DNA of 32,000 nt from Halalkalibacterium halodurans (GTDB lineage Bacteria; Bacillota; Bacilli; Bacillales; Bacillaceae_D), in assembly GCF_004376175.1 (NCBI RefSeq), contig NZ_SNUY01000019.1, forward strand, positions 17,815 to 49,814. The letters run 5' to 3'. The position numbers and the translations under genes are program-made. Numbering within the stretch: position 1 is the stretch's first letter; each line of letters opens with the position of its first letter. The notes under the pieces were generated by a model. The model searched no databases. It saw only the letters and a program-made list of their open reading frames with translations, and had not been told where the DNA came from. This document shows, piece by piece, positions 1 through 8,517 of the stretch.

Positions 1-156
1 CTTTCCTAAAGCCGCCTAGTCAATTTTTAAAAAAATAATGGCAATAGGTTTCTTTGTCATGCACATTTTTGAAAATACAATGAAAATAATGAGTGTGCAG
101 GCCATTCCAATCCAATTTCCAGTAATTTTGGTTCATTTCACCCGGAAAATTGTTAT

Positions 157-588
157 TTATTCCGAGACTCTATTTAACCATTCAGTGCAAAGCACCCAAG
201 CGGTCACTGGATTTATGTATAGTTGTGCTGCCGTCCAATCAGCGATTGAATCTGGGACGGGGACGACCCAGCTAGCAGGTGCCGTGACATAGTCTTGCCA
301 AGTCCCTTCCCCTCTTAATGGAAGCACACGTTTTCCGAGCTATGATTTGAGAATGGGATTTCCTACTTCTTCCACAATTCCGATCCCTTCATAGCCAGGG
401 ATGCCAGGCAGGGAGGTGCGATGAGCATAAGCACCTGTGATCGGAATTAAATCAGAAGGGTTGATCGGTCTTAGGATCGTACGTACGACCATTTCGTCAC
501 TTTTTGGGGCAATGGTGGATCGATTTTCTATCGTTAACACGTGAGCAGGATGGCCGAATCGATGATACATAACGGTCCGATTGTTCAA
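157..588 (-). pseudogene. Decayed MDR-family NADPH:quinone oxidoreductase / enoyl reductase. It has an in-frame stop and is truncated.
   Basis: The ORF 340..588 encodes an MDR N-terminus ('RPINPSDLIPITGAYAHRTSLPGIPGYEGIGIVEEVG') and ends at a TAG (340..342). The same frame continues for about 60 codons with conserved MDR sequence ('GKRVLPLRGEGTWQDYVTAPASWVVPVPDSIADWTAAQLYINPVTAWVLCTEWL') to a TAA at 157..159. No Rossmann-fold half follows. Confidence 0.7.
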
Positions 589-603
589 TGCTAGCCTCCT
601 TTA

Positions 604-646
604 AAAGGGAGAGGGCGACTCCAACACCTTTCGAGTCACCCTCTTC
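604..646 (-). terminator. Putative intrinsic terminator after the micropeptide ORF
   Basis: Minus-strand RNA forms a ~12-bp stem AGAGGGUGACUC/GAGUCGCCCUCU. One position pairs as G-U only on this strand. The stem is followed by CCCUUUU. Confidence 0.5.
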
Positions 647-656
647 TTATACTTAC

Positions 657-746
657 TTAAAAAATGGAAACGCCCATTAACAAGCTTCCAACGACAATTG
701 TGATAATCATAATATAAATGATTAATTGTTGAAATTTTCGTGGCAT
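657..746 (-). CDS. 29-aa hydrophobic micropeptide (MPRKFQQLIIYIMIITIVVGSLLMGVSIF), single predicted TM helix
   Basis: ATG at 744..746 lies 6 nt after a GAGGAGGG Shine-Dalgarno. A basic N-terminus is followed by a ~20-residue hydrophobic stretch, and a hairpin lies downstream. The ORF is below the size cut-off of the supplied track. Confidence 0.5.
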   Translation of the reverse strand: MPRKFQQLIIYIMIITIVVGSLLMGVSIF

Positions 747-838
747 CTTATACCCTCCTCAAGCACACTCTTCTTTATTGTATAAGGAAATGCTTTTTCG
801 GACAAGGGAGCAATTGTAACTGATGGGAAGACCAATAT

Positions 839-867
839 TCGTCATGTCGGTCAATCCGTGGTAAAAT
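839..867 (+). promoter_or_regulatory. SigmaA-type promoter candidate for the epimerase/M20 genes
   Basis: TCGTCA-N17-TAAAAT with TG at 859..860, giving an extended -10 (TGgTAAAAT). It lies ~20 nt upstream of the RBS. Confidence 0.5.
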
Positions 868-885
868 GACGGTGAGGTGAGGAAC

Positions 886-1302
886 ATGGCTGAAAAATCA
901 AACAAGCTCGATCATATTGGAATTGCCGTAACATCGATTAAGGATGTTCTTCCGTTTTATGTAGGAAGCCTTAAATTAAAGCTTTTAGGGATGGAAGACC
1001 TTCCATCTCAAGGTGTGAAAATCGCGTTTCTTGAAATTGGTGAATCGAAAATTGAGCTCCTTGAGCCATTATCGGAGGAGAGTCCAATCGCTAAATTTAT
1101 TCAAAAGCGAGGGGAAGGGATCCACCACATTGCCATTGGGGTTAAATCGATTGAAGAGCGAATTCAAGAAGTGAAAGAGAACGGTGTGCAGATGATTAAT
1201 GACGAGCCTGTTCCAGGTGCTAGGGGAGCTCAGGTTGCTTTTCTCCATCCAAGATCAGCGAGAGGGGTACTATACGAGTTTTGTGAGAAGAAAGAGCAAT
1301 AA
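886..1302 (+). CDS. mce: Methylmalonyl-CoA epimerase-like VOC/glyoxalase-family protein (YqjC-like)
   Basis: Contains 'LDHIGIAV', 'IELLEP' and 'GEGIHHIAIGV', typical of MCE/VOC proteins. The ATG at 886 follows GGTGAGGTGAGG. The track ORF starts at the GTG at 877. Confidence 0.8.
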   Translation: MAEKSNKLDHIGIAVTSIKDVLPFYVGSLKLKLLGMEDLPSQGVKIAFLEIGESKIELLEPLSEESPIAKFIQKRGEGIHHIAIGVKSIEERIQEVKENGVQMINDEPVPGARGAQVAFLHPRSARGVLYEFCEKKEQ

Positions 1303-1341
1303 ACTGAAAACGTAAAACGTGATAGACGATGTACGATCGCG

Positions 1342-2472
1342 ATGGAGGTTATGATGGTTAACGAAAAACGAGTAGTCGAAACATTTTTAGAGCTAGTTCA
1401 AATTGATTCTGAAACGAAGCATGAAGAAAAAATTGCTCCTTTTTTAAAAGAAAAGTTTCAAGCGTTAGGGCTTGAAGTGGAAGAGGATGAAGCGGCTTCC
1501 ACAACAGAGCATGCGGCAGGAAACTTAATTTGCACTCTCCCTGGTACGACAGATGGGGAGACGATCTATTTCACGTCCCACATGGATACGGTCGTTCCAG
1601 GTCAAAATGTAAAGCCGTCGATTGAAAATGGCTATATCGTGACAGATGGAACGACCATTTTAGGAGCTGATGATAAAGCAGGAATTGCTGCCATGATCGA
1701 AGCCATTCTCGTTTTAAAGGAACAGCAAATTCCCCACGGTCCGATTCAGTTTGTCATTACAGTCGGAGAGGAATCAGGATTAGTTGGGGCCAAAGCACTT
1801 GACCGCTCCAAACTGAAAGCGGCTTTCGGGTATGCCCTAGATAGTGATGGCCCTGTTGGTGACATTATCGTAGCTGCACCAACTCAAGCAAAAGTACGGG
1901 CAACTGTTTACGGTAAGACTGCACATGCAGGGGTCGCTCCTGAAAAAGGGATATCGGCGATCACAGTGGCGGCGAAGGCGATTTCGAAAATGCCCCTCGG
2001 ACGGATCGATGACGAGACAACCGCCAATATTGGCCGGTTTGAGGGTGGATCACAAACGAATATCGTCTGCGACCGTGTCGATATTTTGGCTGAAGCTCGC
2101 TCCCTCGTCACTGAAAAGATGGAAGCACAAGTGAAGAAAATGAAACATGCATTTGAACAAACCGCCAAGGATATGGGGACAACAGCTGAGGTGAAAGTTG
2201 ACATTATGTATCCAGGCTATAAGCTAGATGATGGCGACCTCGTCGTTGAAGTTGCCAAACGAGCATTAACGAATATTGGCCGTGAGCCAAGACTGCTGAA
2301 AAGCGGTGGAGGTAGTGATGCCAACATCATTTCCGGATTCGGAATTCCGACGGTAAACCTAGCCATTGGCTATGAGGAGATTCATACGACTAATGAAAAA
2401 ATGCCGATTGTTGAACTGGTGAAAGCGGCGGAAGCGATCGTCTCGATTGCTAAAGAAGCTGTAAGCGTATAG
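1342..2472 (+). CDS. M20/M20B-family metallopeptidase (tripeptidase PepT-like / YqjE-like)
   Basis: Contains 'HMDTV', 'LGADDKAGIAA', 'EESGLVGA' and a C-terminal 'GGGSDAN' metal/catalytic-type motif. The true start may be the ATG at 1351 or 1354, just after GGAGG (1344..1348). Confidence 0.85.
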   Translation: MEVMMVNEKRVVETFLELVQIDSETKHEEKIAPFLKEKFQALGLEVEEDEAASTTEHAAGNLICTLPGTTDGETIYFTSHMDTVVPGQNVKPSIENGYIVTDGTTILGADDKAGIAAMIEAILVLKEQQIPHGPIQFVITVGEESGLVGAKALDRSKLKAAFGYALDSDGPVGDIIVAAPTQAKVRATVYGKTAHAGVAPEKGISAITVAAKAISKMPLGRIDDETTANIGRFEGGSQTNIVCDRVDILAEARSLVTEKMEAQVKKMKHAFEQTAKDMGTTAEVKVDIMYPGYKLDDGDLVVEVAKRALTNIGREPRLLKSGGGSDANIISGFGIPTVNLAIGYEEIHTTNEKMPIVELVKAAEAIVSIAKEAVSV

Positions 2473-2487
2473 CCATTAATAGAGAAG

Positions 2488-2519
2488 AACCGTACCTGAT
2501 CCTAGGTGCGGTTTTTTTG
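2488..2519 (+). terminator. Intrinsic terminator
   Basis: 9-bp stem AACCGUACC/GGUGCGGUU (one G-U pair) followed by a T7 run. Confidence 0.8.
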
Positions 2520-2627
2520 TACGTTCATATAGAGTTGGCGATAGGTCGAATTTTAAAAGTTAAACTAAAATGAAACATTTAAAAACGAACATTGAAAACG
2601 GTTATTGATATTAATATTCGATTAATG

Positions 2628-2656
2628 TTGATATTTTGTGTTTTTTTTGTTAATAT
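2628..2656 (+). promoter_or_regulatory. SigmaA promoter candidate for the FAD protein gene
   Basis: TTGATA-N17-TAATAT. A second TTGATATT copy lies 23 bp upstream. Confidence 0.55.
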
Positions 2657-2700
2657 GAATAAGGTTTTTGAGCAAAAAGACAAACGTTGGAGGTTGAGTT

Positions 2701-4143
2701 ATGAACAATGCATATGATGTCATTATTGTTGGAGCTGGTCCGGCAGGTATTTTTACTGCCTATGAATTGCTTGAAAAACAACCGACATTCAAATTGTTAT
2801 TAATAGATAAAGGACATTCGATCTATCAACGGCGCTGTCCGATTAATGAAAAGAAAATTGAAAAATGTCCACCGCCAGCAGGACGAAAAGAGTTTGCTGG
2901 CTGTTTGCCTGCCTGTTCCATTACGGCTGGCTTTGGTGGAGCTGGTGCCTATTCAGACGGGAAGTTTAATATTACGACGGAGTTTGGTGGGTGGATGCAG
3001 GATTACCTCCCACCGTCCGAAGTTCTTGAGTTGATTCAATATGTAGACGCGGTTAATTTGAAATATGGGGCTCCCGATGAAATAACAGACCCTACGACTG
3101 AGGCGGTAAGGGGCATTGAAAAGCGAGCTATGGGGGCTGGACTTAAACTATTGAGAGCGCAAGTACGACACTTAGGAACAGAGAAAAACTTAGAAATTTT
3201 AAAAAATATTTATGAGTCGTTAGAAGGCAGACTAGAAGCACGTTTCCGTACCGAGGTGGAAGATCTACTAACAGAAAAGACGGAAAATGGCTTAAAGGTA
3301 AAAGGGGTACGTTTAAAGAAAAAAGGCGAAGAGTTATACGCTGATCAAGTCGTGATCGTACCAGGGCGTGACGGATCTGAATGGCTCGGAGGATTGTTGA
3401 AAAAGCGCGGATTAACGATGATCAACAACCAAGTGGATATTGGTGTAAGGGTGGAAACATCTGATGTGATTATGGAAGACATAAACCGCCATCTGTACGA
3501 AGCTAAATTTATTTACAACACATCAGTAGGAACGAAGGTACGAACCTTCTGTTCCAATCCATCAGGTCACGTCGTTGTAGAAAATCATAGCGGGGTCATG
3601 ACTGCCAATGGACATGCTTATAAAGCGAAGGAGCTAGGAAGCCGGAATACGAATTTCGCCCTACTCGTCTCCCACACTTTTACAGAGCCGTTTGATCGCC
3701 CGATTCAATACGCCAAAGAAATTTCAGAGCGGGCAAACGATTTATCCAATGGTTCGGTCATCGTCCAAAAGTATGGTGACATTTTACGAGGCCGCCGCTC
3801 GACGGAGAAGCGAATTAAAGAAGGATTCATCGAGCCGACGTTAAAAGAAGCAGTTCCGGGAGATCTAGGTCTCGTTCTTCCCTATAATACGATGAAAAGC
3901 TTAATTGAAATGATGGAAGCACTTGACCATGTCACCCCTGGGATTGCCTCAGAGCATACGTTATTTTACGGAGTTGAGGCAAAATTTTATTCCGCTAGAC
4001 CGCAAGTAACGAAAGAATTTGAAACGGAAATTGCCGGTCTTTATGCTGGTGGAGATGGCGCTGGAATTACGAGAGGATTAGCGCAGGCGGGAGCAAACGG
4101 AGTTCACATCGCCCGCGCCATCATTCGCAAACGAGCAAATTAA
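2701..4143 (+). CDS. FAD-dependent protein of the COG2509 type (uncharacterised FAD-dependent dehydrogenase)
   Basis: N-terminal 'YDVIIVGAGPAGIFTAYEL' dinucleotide fold and C-terminal 'GLYAGGDGAGITRGLAQA'. RBS GGAGG lies upstream. Confidence 0.75.
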   Translation: MNNAYDVIIVGAGPAGIFTAYELLEKQPTFKLLLIDKGHSIYQRRCPINEKKIEKCPPPAGRKEFAGCLPACSITAGFGGAGAYSDGKFNITTEFGGWMQDYLPPSEVLELIQYVDAVNLKYGAPDEITDPTTEAVRGIEKRAMGAGLKLLRAQVRHLGTEKNLEILKNIYESLEGRLEARFRTEVEDLLTEKTENGLKVKGVRLKKKGEELYADQVVIVPGRDGSEWLGGLLKKRGLTMINNQVDIGVRVETSDVIMEDINRHLYEAKFIYNTSVGTKVRTFCSNPSGHVVVENHSGVMTANGHAYKAKELGSRNTNFALLVSHTFTEPFDRPIQYAKEISERANDLSNGSVIVQKYGDILRGRRSTEKRIKEGFIEPTLKEAVPGDLGLVLPYNTMKSLIEMMEALDHVTPGIASEHTLFYGVEAKFYSARPQVTKEFETEIAGLYAGGDGAGITRGLAQAGANGVHIARAIIRKRAN

Positions 4144-4355
4144 TGAACAGGGAACGCGTTGGCGTGCATCGGATTTCCAAACTCCAGACATTCTAACACC
4201 TTTTCTTCAGAGTCACCGACCATCATCGCAATTTCTGCAATGGTCGGTGTTTTAATATACTTCTGCTTGTACCATTCATTAACGAGAATTACTTTTTTAA
4301 ATAAGTTTGTGTATTCCTCATGAGGCATGAGTTGTCTTTTTCTCAACGCAGCCAA
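4140..4355 (-). CDS. Small hypothetical protein with a sigma-70 region-3-like / HTH-like segment
   Basis: 'KTPTIAEIAMMVGDSEEKVLECLE' resembles the PT(I/V)xEIAxxxxxSxExV segment of sigma factors. GAAGGAGG lies upstream, so the start is probably an internal TTG or ATG. The 3' end overlaps the convergent FAD gene by 4 nt. Confidence 0.45.
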   Translation of the reverse strand: MAALRKRQLMPHEEYTNLFKKVILVNEWYKQKYIKTPTIAEIAMMVGDSEEKVLECLEFGNPMHANAFPVH

Positions 4356-4477
4356 CCTCCTTCATCTAGTAAATACCGATCCTTTCATTTAGTGTAACAT
4401 ACTTTTTCTAAAAAAATGATGAAAAAGGGCTGAAATTTATTGAAAATTCTGTTTTCTTGTCGAGTTATTTTTCAAGG

Positions 4478-4497
4478 GGAACGTTTTTTCGTATAAT
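4478..4497 (+). promoter_or_regulatory. dinB promoter -10 (TATAAT, 4492..4497) with an abutting degenerate LexA/Cheo-like box
   Basis: GGAACGTTTTTTCG compared with CGAAC-N4-GTTCG matches 8 of the 10 defined positions. A TTTTCA -35 lies 17 nt upstream of TATAAT. Confidence 0.4.
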
Positions 4498-4536
4498 AAA
4501 GAAAAGCATTTTGTTTTCTGGAAGGAGGGAGGTCAA

Positions 4537-5778
4537 ATGGGAAAGGGACGTGTGATCTTCCATGTGGATATGAATAGTTTTTATGCGTCTGTGGAAATGA
4601 CGTACGACCCGTCGTTAAAAGGAAAAGCCATTGCTGTCGCAGGAAGTGTGAAGGATCGACGGGGAATCGTGGTCACGAGTAGCTATGAAGCAAGGGCGAA
4701 AGGTGTGCGATCGCCGATACCGGTTTGGCAGGCGCTCAGAAAATGTCCTGAATTGATCTTGATCCCTCCTAACTTTGATCGTTATCGATCTGCCTCGCAG
4801 AAGATCTTTTCTTTGCTTGAGGAGTATACGCCTTTGGTCGAAAAAGTATCGATAGATGAAGGGTATATGGATGTGACGACTACGATAAAAAAAGTTCATC
4901 CGCTTGAGCTTGCAAAGGAGATTCAGCAGCGAATCCTTGCTGAGATGGATCTTCCGTGCAGCATTGGGATCGCCCCAAATAAATTTTTAGCTAAAATGGC
5001 GAGCGATATGAAAAAGCCCCTTGGCATTACGGTTCTTAGAAAACGAGACATCGCTGAAAAACTATGGTCCCTTCCGATCGAAGAGATGTATGGGATTGGC
5101 AGACGATCAGTTGATACCTATAAAAAGTATCAGCTTCATACAATCGGTGATTTAGCGAAAGCAGATCCTGCATGGTTAGAGAAGAAATTTGGTATTAATG
5201 GGCCGAGGCTTCATTGCCGGGCCAATGGGATTGATGAACGACCTGTGGACCCAGAGGCTGTCTTTCATTTTAAAAGTGTGGGCAACTCGACAACTTTACC
5301 GGAGGACACGACAAATGAGGGACGGTTAACGGACGTGTTGCATCAGCTTTCCCACTCAGTCCATGTACGAATGAAACGAAAACATGTGTTTTGCTATGGT
5401 GTCCAGTTAACTATTCGCTACGATGACCGAAAGACGATTACACGAAGTAGGAAGCTTGAGCATCCGATTCAAGAAAAGGATGATATTTTTACCGTAGCTC
5501 TTTCCTTATGGAAGCAAGCATGGAATGGTCGACCTATCAGGCTTCTAGGAGTCACTGGGTACGATGTGATCGACAAAAAATATGCCTATGAGCCGCTGGA
5601 CCTTTTTCGCTATGAAGAGCAGATTAAGCAGGCGACGCTAGCAGAAACCATTTCATCTATCCATAAACGGTATGGTAAACCGATTGTCGCCAAAGGAAAA
5701 GACTTGGATCTTTTTAAAGAGGTAGATGAAACAAAAAAAGGAACGAGCTTTGACCGAGATTTTTTTCAGCATGATTGA
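4537..5778 (+). CDS. dinB: DNA polymerase IV, Y-family (DinB / PolY1-like)
   Basis: Contains 'IFHVDMNSFYASVE', 'SIDEGYMDVT' and 'SIGIAPNKFLAKMASDMKKP'. The 413-aa length matches PolY1-type enzymes. Confidence 0.95.
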   Translation: MGKGRVIFHVDMNSFYASVEMTYDPSLKGKAIAVAGSVKDRRGIVVTSSYEARAKGVRSPIPVWQALRKCPELILIPPNFDRYRSASQKIFSLLEEYTPLVEKVSIDEGYMDVTTTIKKVHPLELAKEIQQRILAEMDLPCSIGIAPNKFLAKMASDMKKPLGITVLRKRDIAEKLWSLPIEEMYGIGRRSVDTYKKYQLHTIGDLAKADPAWLEKKFGINGPRLHCRANGIDERPVDPEAVFHFKSVGNSTTLPEDTTNEGRLTDVLHQLSHSVHVRMKRKHVFCYGVQLTIRYDDRKTITRSRKLEHPIQEKDDIFTVALSLWKQAWNGRPIRLLGVTGYDVIDKKYAYEPLDLFRYEEQIKQATLAETISSIHKRYGKPIVAKGKDLDLFKEVDETKKGTSFDRDFFQHD

Positions 5779-5808
5779 TCGGGCTTTAAGGGAGGCCCGA
5801 TCTTTTTT
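5777..5808 (+). terminator. Intrinsic terminator
   Basis: GAUCGGGC/GCCCGAUC stem followed by T6. Confidence 0.8.
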
Positions 5809-5863
5809 ACTTCCAAAAACAAGACTTCCCCTATAGGCTAAGTTTTTTTGCGTTGTGACTATG

Positions 5864-5889
5864 TAAGATTGCAAGCCACTAACCGATAG
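5864..5889 (+). promoter_or_regulatory. SigD (sigma-28)-type promoter candidate
   Basis: TAAG-N14-ACCGATAG compared with the consensus TAAA-N15-GCCGATAT. It lies ~40 nt upstream of the FliK-like ORF. Confidence 0.55.
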
Positions 5890-5927
5890 TAGTAGTAGGG
5901 AAACAACAGAACGGAGCGTGAAAATGG

Positions 5928-8165
5928 ATGCAGATTACAAGTCAGCTACAACCGGGACAACAGCCGTCACAAGAGCGTTCAACCTCACTGCGAGAAGGGG
6001 ATATCCTTCGAGCGACGATTACAGAGCGACGGGGCGAGCATGAAGCAGTGCTTTCGGTTCGAGGGCGTGAAATAGTAGCAACGTTTAAGGAAGGGGTGCC
6101 TAAAGGAGAGCGGGTAACTGTTGAAGTAGCCAAAGCGGGAAAGGAACCGATAACGGTCCGATCGATTACCGAAGATAGTCGCGGCACCCAACGATCGGTG
6201 GAATCCCCTCCTTCATCCTCGGCAAGAACGGTTTTAGAACATTTAGGAGTGAAGCAGCCGTCAACTGAATTGGTACGGGCGGCGCAAATATTGTTGGACA
6301 AAGGAATCCAATTAACAGGAGATGGCGTACGTGAGCTCCAACGTTTTGTTGCGAGCGGGGATACGGATAAACGGTTAGAGACGATCCAAGCGTTAGCAAA
6401 CAAACGTTTAGAGCTTACGGGTGCCCATCTGCGCTCAATCCATGAAGCTCTCCATGGACGACCGATAAATGATGTGATGCAAGAGCTAGTAAAAGAAGTG
6501 GATCGAACGTTTCACGTGGACGGACGTGAGAGAACGGTTGCTCAAGATGAGCGGAATGCCTCGGTTCAAGTCATGCGTGAGCGGATTGAGCAGTTGTTAA
6601 GGCAGCACACCTTGCCCGAAAATACAAAGACTCAATTAGTCAAAGTACTTGAGCAGCTTCCGAAAATGAACAATGATGCCCTTGCTCAAGTCGAGCGTGT
6701 CATCCAAGGGATTGAAGCGCGGATGGCTACCGGTGAGCGAGCGCCAAATCTTGGGGACGTCATTCAAACGATGCGCCAGCAACTTCAAACAGAGAGCGAC
6801 TTTCTAAAAGCAATTGAACAGGTGCGAAATGACGTAATGACTCGATTAGGTGAAGGCCCTAGGTTGCAAATGGCAGTGGAGCAAGCCATTCAAGCAGCAG
6901 AGGCTCGGTTTGAACAAGGACGAGAGCTATCGGCAAGACAAATTGTTCACCAAGCGTTGGATCAACTGGAACAAGAAGCTGTTCCTAAGGAAAACGTCCC
7001 ATCTACTGGCTTATACCAAGGGCAAGAGCAGTTCCAAACAGCTGTAGCTCTAAATAGTAAAGCGATTGCTGTCACGACTGTAACAGAAAAAATGGCTGAT
7101 TTAACAGATCGTTTTAAAACATTTCAACGGGATATAAGCCGGCATTTAGTTGAGATCAATCGAATCATTGAACAAGTACGCTCACAAGCGAATCGTTCGG
7201 CTCAACCTTTGTTAGAAACGACGATCAAAAAGCTTGATCATGCGATTTTAAAAGGAGAATTCATGCTGTTTGCCGATATGAAAACAGAAAAGAGGCTCAT
7301 GCAAGCAAGTGGGCAGTTAGCTGAGGCTAAGAAACTTCTAGCGAAAGGACAACATCATGAAGCGAACCGCATCGTCCAAGAAGTGAAGCAACTTGTTGAT
7401 CGGCTACATTACAAGCCGTCCGAAACGAAAGTCATGCATTACACATCCCTGGCATCTCGTGATACGACCTTGCCACAACTATTTGCGGATACAGCAAGGC
7501 AAGTTGGACAGGACGCGTCGGCAAGAGGGATGTTTGAAGCGATTCGGGCTGTCGGATTTAATCGTGACAGTGAGTTGGCTCAGCAGTTTGCTTCTGGACG
7601 AGATCCAGGGCAACATAACAGTCAATCAAATATGAAAGCATTGCTTTTGCACATGCTTCGCTCGGAGGAAGAAGGCTCACGAACCTTTCAGCTCGCAAAT
7701 CAAGCGTTGAACAATGTAACTGGGCAGCAGCTTTTGAGCAAGGCTGATCACCATACCAATATGCAAACATTGTTTATGAACTTACCATTTTTATTAGAGA
7801 AGCAAGTGGAGAATTTGCAAGTGTTTGTTCAATCACGGAACGAGGGACAGAAGGTTGATTGGGAAAATTGTAGCTTGTTCTTTTTAATTGAGACGAAAAA
7901 ACTTGGAGAAATCGGCATACTTGTACAAGTCGTAGATCGTCAATTATCCGTTACGTTAAAAAATGACTTAGATGATTTTCCAGAGAAAATGGAGCCTCTC
8001 GTTGAAAAGACGAGTGAGCGAATAGAAGAGATTGGTTATCAAGTATCTGGGATTAAGTTTGCAAAAGCAACAGACGTTGAAGTGAAGCGGGACGAGGATG
8101 GCGAGCGTGCTCAACAACCTACACAGCCTATTTTTACGGAGAAAGGGTTTGATTTTAAAATATGA
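5928..8165 (+). CDS. FliK-like flagellar hook-length control family protein (745 aa)
   Basis: The Q/E-rich, low-complexity and probably helical middle is typical of molecular rulers. The C-terminal segment 'LQVFVQSRNEGQKVDWENCSLFFLIETKKLGEIGILVQVVDRQLSVTLKND' resembles the Flg_hook (FliK C-terminal) domain. Flagellar neighbours support the call. Confidence 0.6.
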   Translation: MQITSQLQPGQQPSQERSTSLREGDILRATITERRGEHEAVLSVRGREIVATFKEGVPKGERVTVEVAKAGKEPITVRSITEDSRGTQRSVESPPSSSARTVLEHLGVKQPSTELVRAAQILLDKGIQLTGDGVRELQRFVASGDTDKRLETIQALANKRLELTGAHLRSIHEALHGRPINDVMQELVKEVDRTFHVDGRERTVAQDERNASVQVMRERIEQLLRQHTLPENTKTQLVKVLEQLPKMNNDALAQVERVIQGIEARMATGERAPNLGDVIQTMRQQLQTESDFLKAIEQVRNDVMTRLGEGPRLQMAVEQAIQAAEARFEQGRELSARQIVHQALDQLEQEAVPKENVPSTGLYQGQEQFQTAVALNSKAIAVTTVTEKMADLTDRFKTFQRDISRHLVEINRIIEQVRSQANRSAQPLLETTIKKLDHAILKGEFMLFADMKTEKRLMQASGQLAEAKKLLAKGQHHEANRIVQEVKQLVDRLHYKPSETKVMHYTSLASRDTTLPQLFADTARQVGQDASARGMFEAIRAVGFNRDSELAQQFASGRDPGQHNSQSNMKALLLHMLRSEEEGSRTFQLANQALNNVTGQQLLSKADHHTNMQTLFMNLPFLLEKQVENLQVFVQSRNEGQKVDWENCSLFFLIETKKLGEIGILVQVVDRQLSVTLKNDLDDFPEKMEPLVEKTSERIEEIGYQVSGIKFAKATDVEVKRDEDGERAQQPTQPIFTEKGFDFKI

Positions 8166-8461
8166 TCATTTCTAGGCACATGAACCAAATCCAACGGCGT
8201 CATACAAGTGGCCGGACAGCAGCGGTAATTCAGTATGATGAAACGTCGGGTGATGCTCCGAAATTGGTGGCCCACGGAAAAGGACAAATCGCAGAACAAA
8301 TTATTGACATGGCTAAACGGAACAACATTCACATGCAAGAAGATCCGCTGCTCGTTGAAAACTTGCTTGACATGGATTTAGGGGATAACATCCCACCACA
8401 GCTTTACTCGGTTATGGCCGAAATTTTATTGCTTATCGAAGAAATGGAAAAGAACTATTAA
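8162..8461 (+). CDS. FlhB C-terminal-domain-only protein (YlqH / EscU-YscU-HrcU family)
   Basis: 'AAVIQYDETSGDAPKLVAHGKGQIAEQIIDMAKRNNIHMQEDPLLVENLL...IPPQLYSVMAEIL' matches the FlhB segment just after the NPTH cleavage site. The ATGA start/stop overlap with the upstream ORF implies translational coupling. Confidence 0.85.
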   Translation: MIISRHMNQIQRRHTSGRTAAVIQYDETSGDAPKLVAHGKGQIAEQIIDMAKRNNIHMQEDPLLVENLLDMDLGDNIPPQLYSVMAEILLLIEEMEKNY

Positions 8462-8485
8462 ACTCTGCTTTAATCACGTCGATAA
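8459..8485 (+). promoter_or_regulatory. SigD (sigma-28)-type promoter candidate for fliS-flagellin
   Basis: TAAA-N15-GTCGATAA compared with TAAA-N15-GCCGATAT: exact -35, exact spacing and 6/8 in the -10. Confidence 0.65.
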
Positions 8486-8517
8486 ATAAAATAGAATCAT
8501 CCGCTGGAGGTGTCCAT

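Noticed and set aside
38-292. 84-aa plus-strand ORF at the window start
   Set aside because: It lies antisense to the still-recognisable MDR oxidoreductase pseudogene frame. It has no RBS and no family resemblance.
5888-5898. Short (AGT)n run upstream of the FliK-like gene
   Set aside because: There are only 3-4 units. It overlaps the SigD-like -10 and is too short to call a repeat feature.
5942-6403. 153-aa and other minus-strand ORFs (5985..6191, 6166..6399, 7558..7770) plus the +2/+3 frame ORFs inside the FliK-like gene
   Set aside because: These are shadow ORFs inside a long, well-supported coding frame. They are Arg/Ser/Pro-rich with antisense-type composition and lack RBSs.
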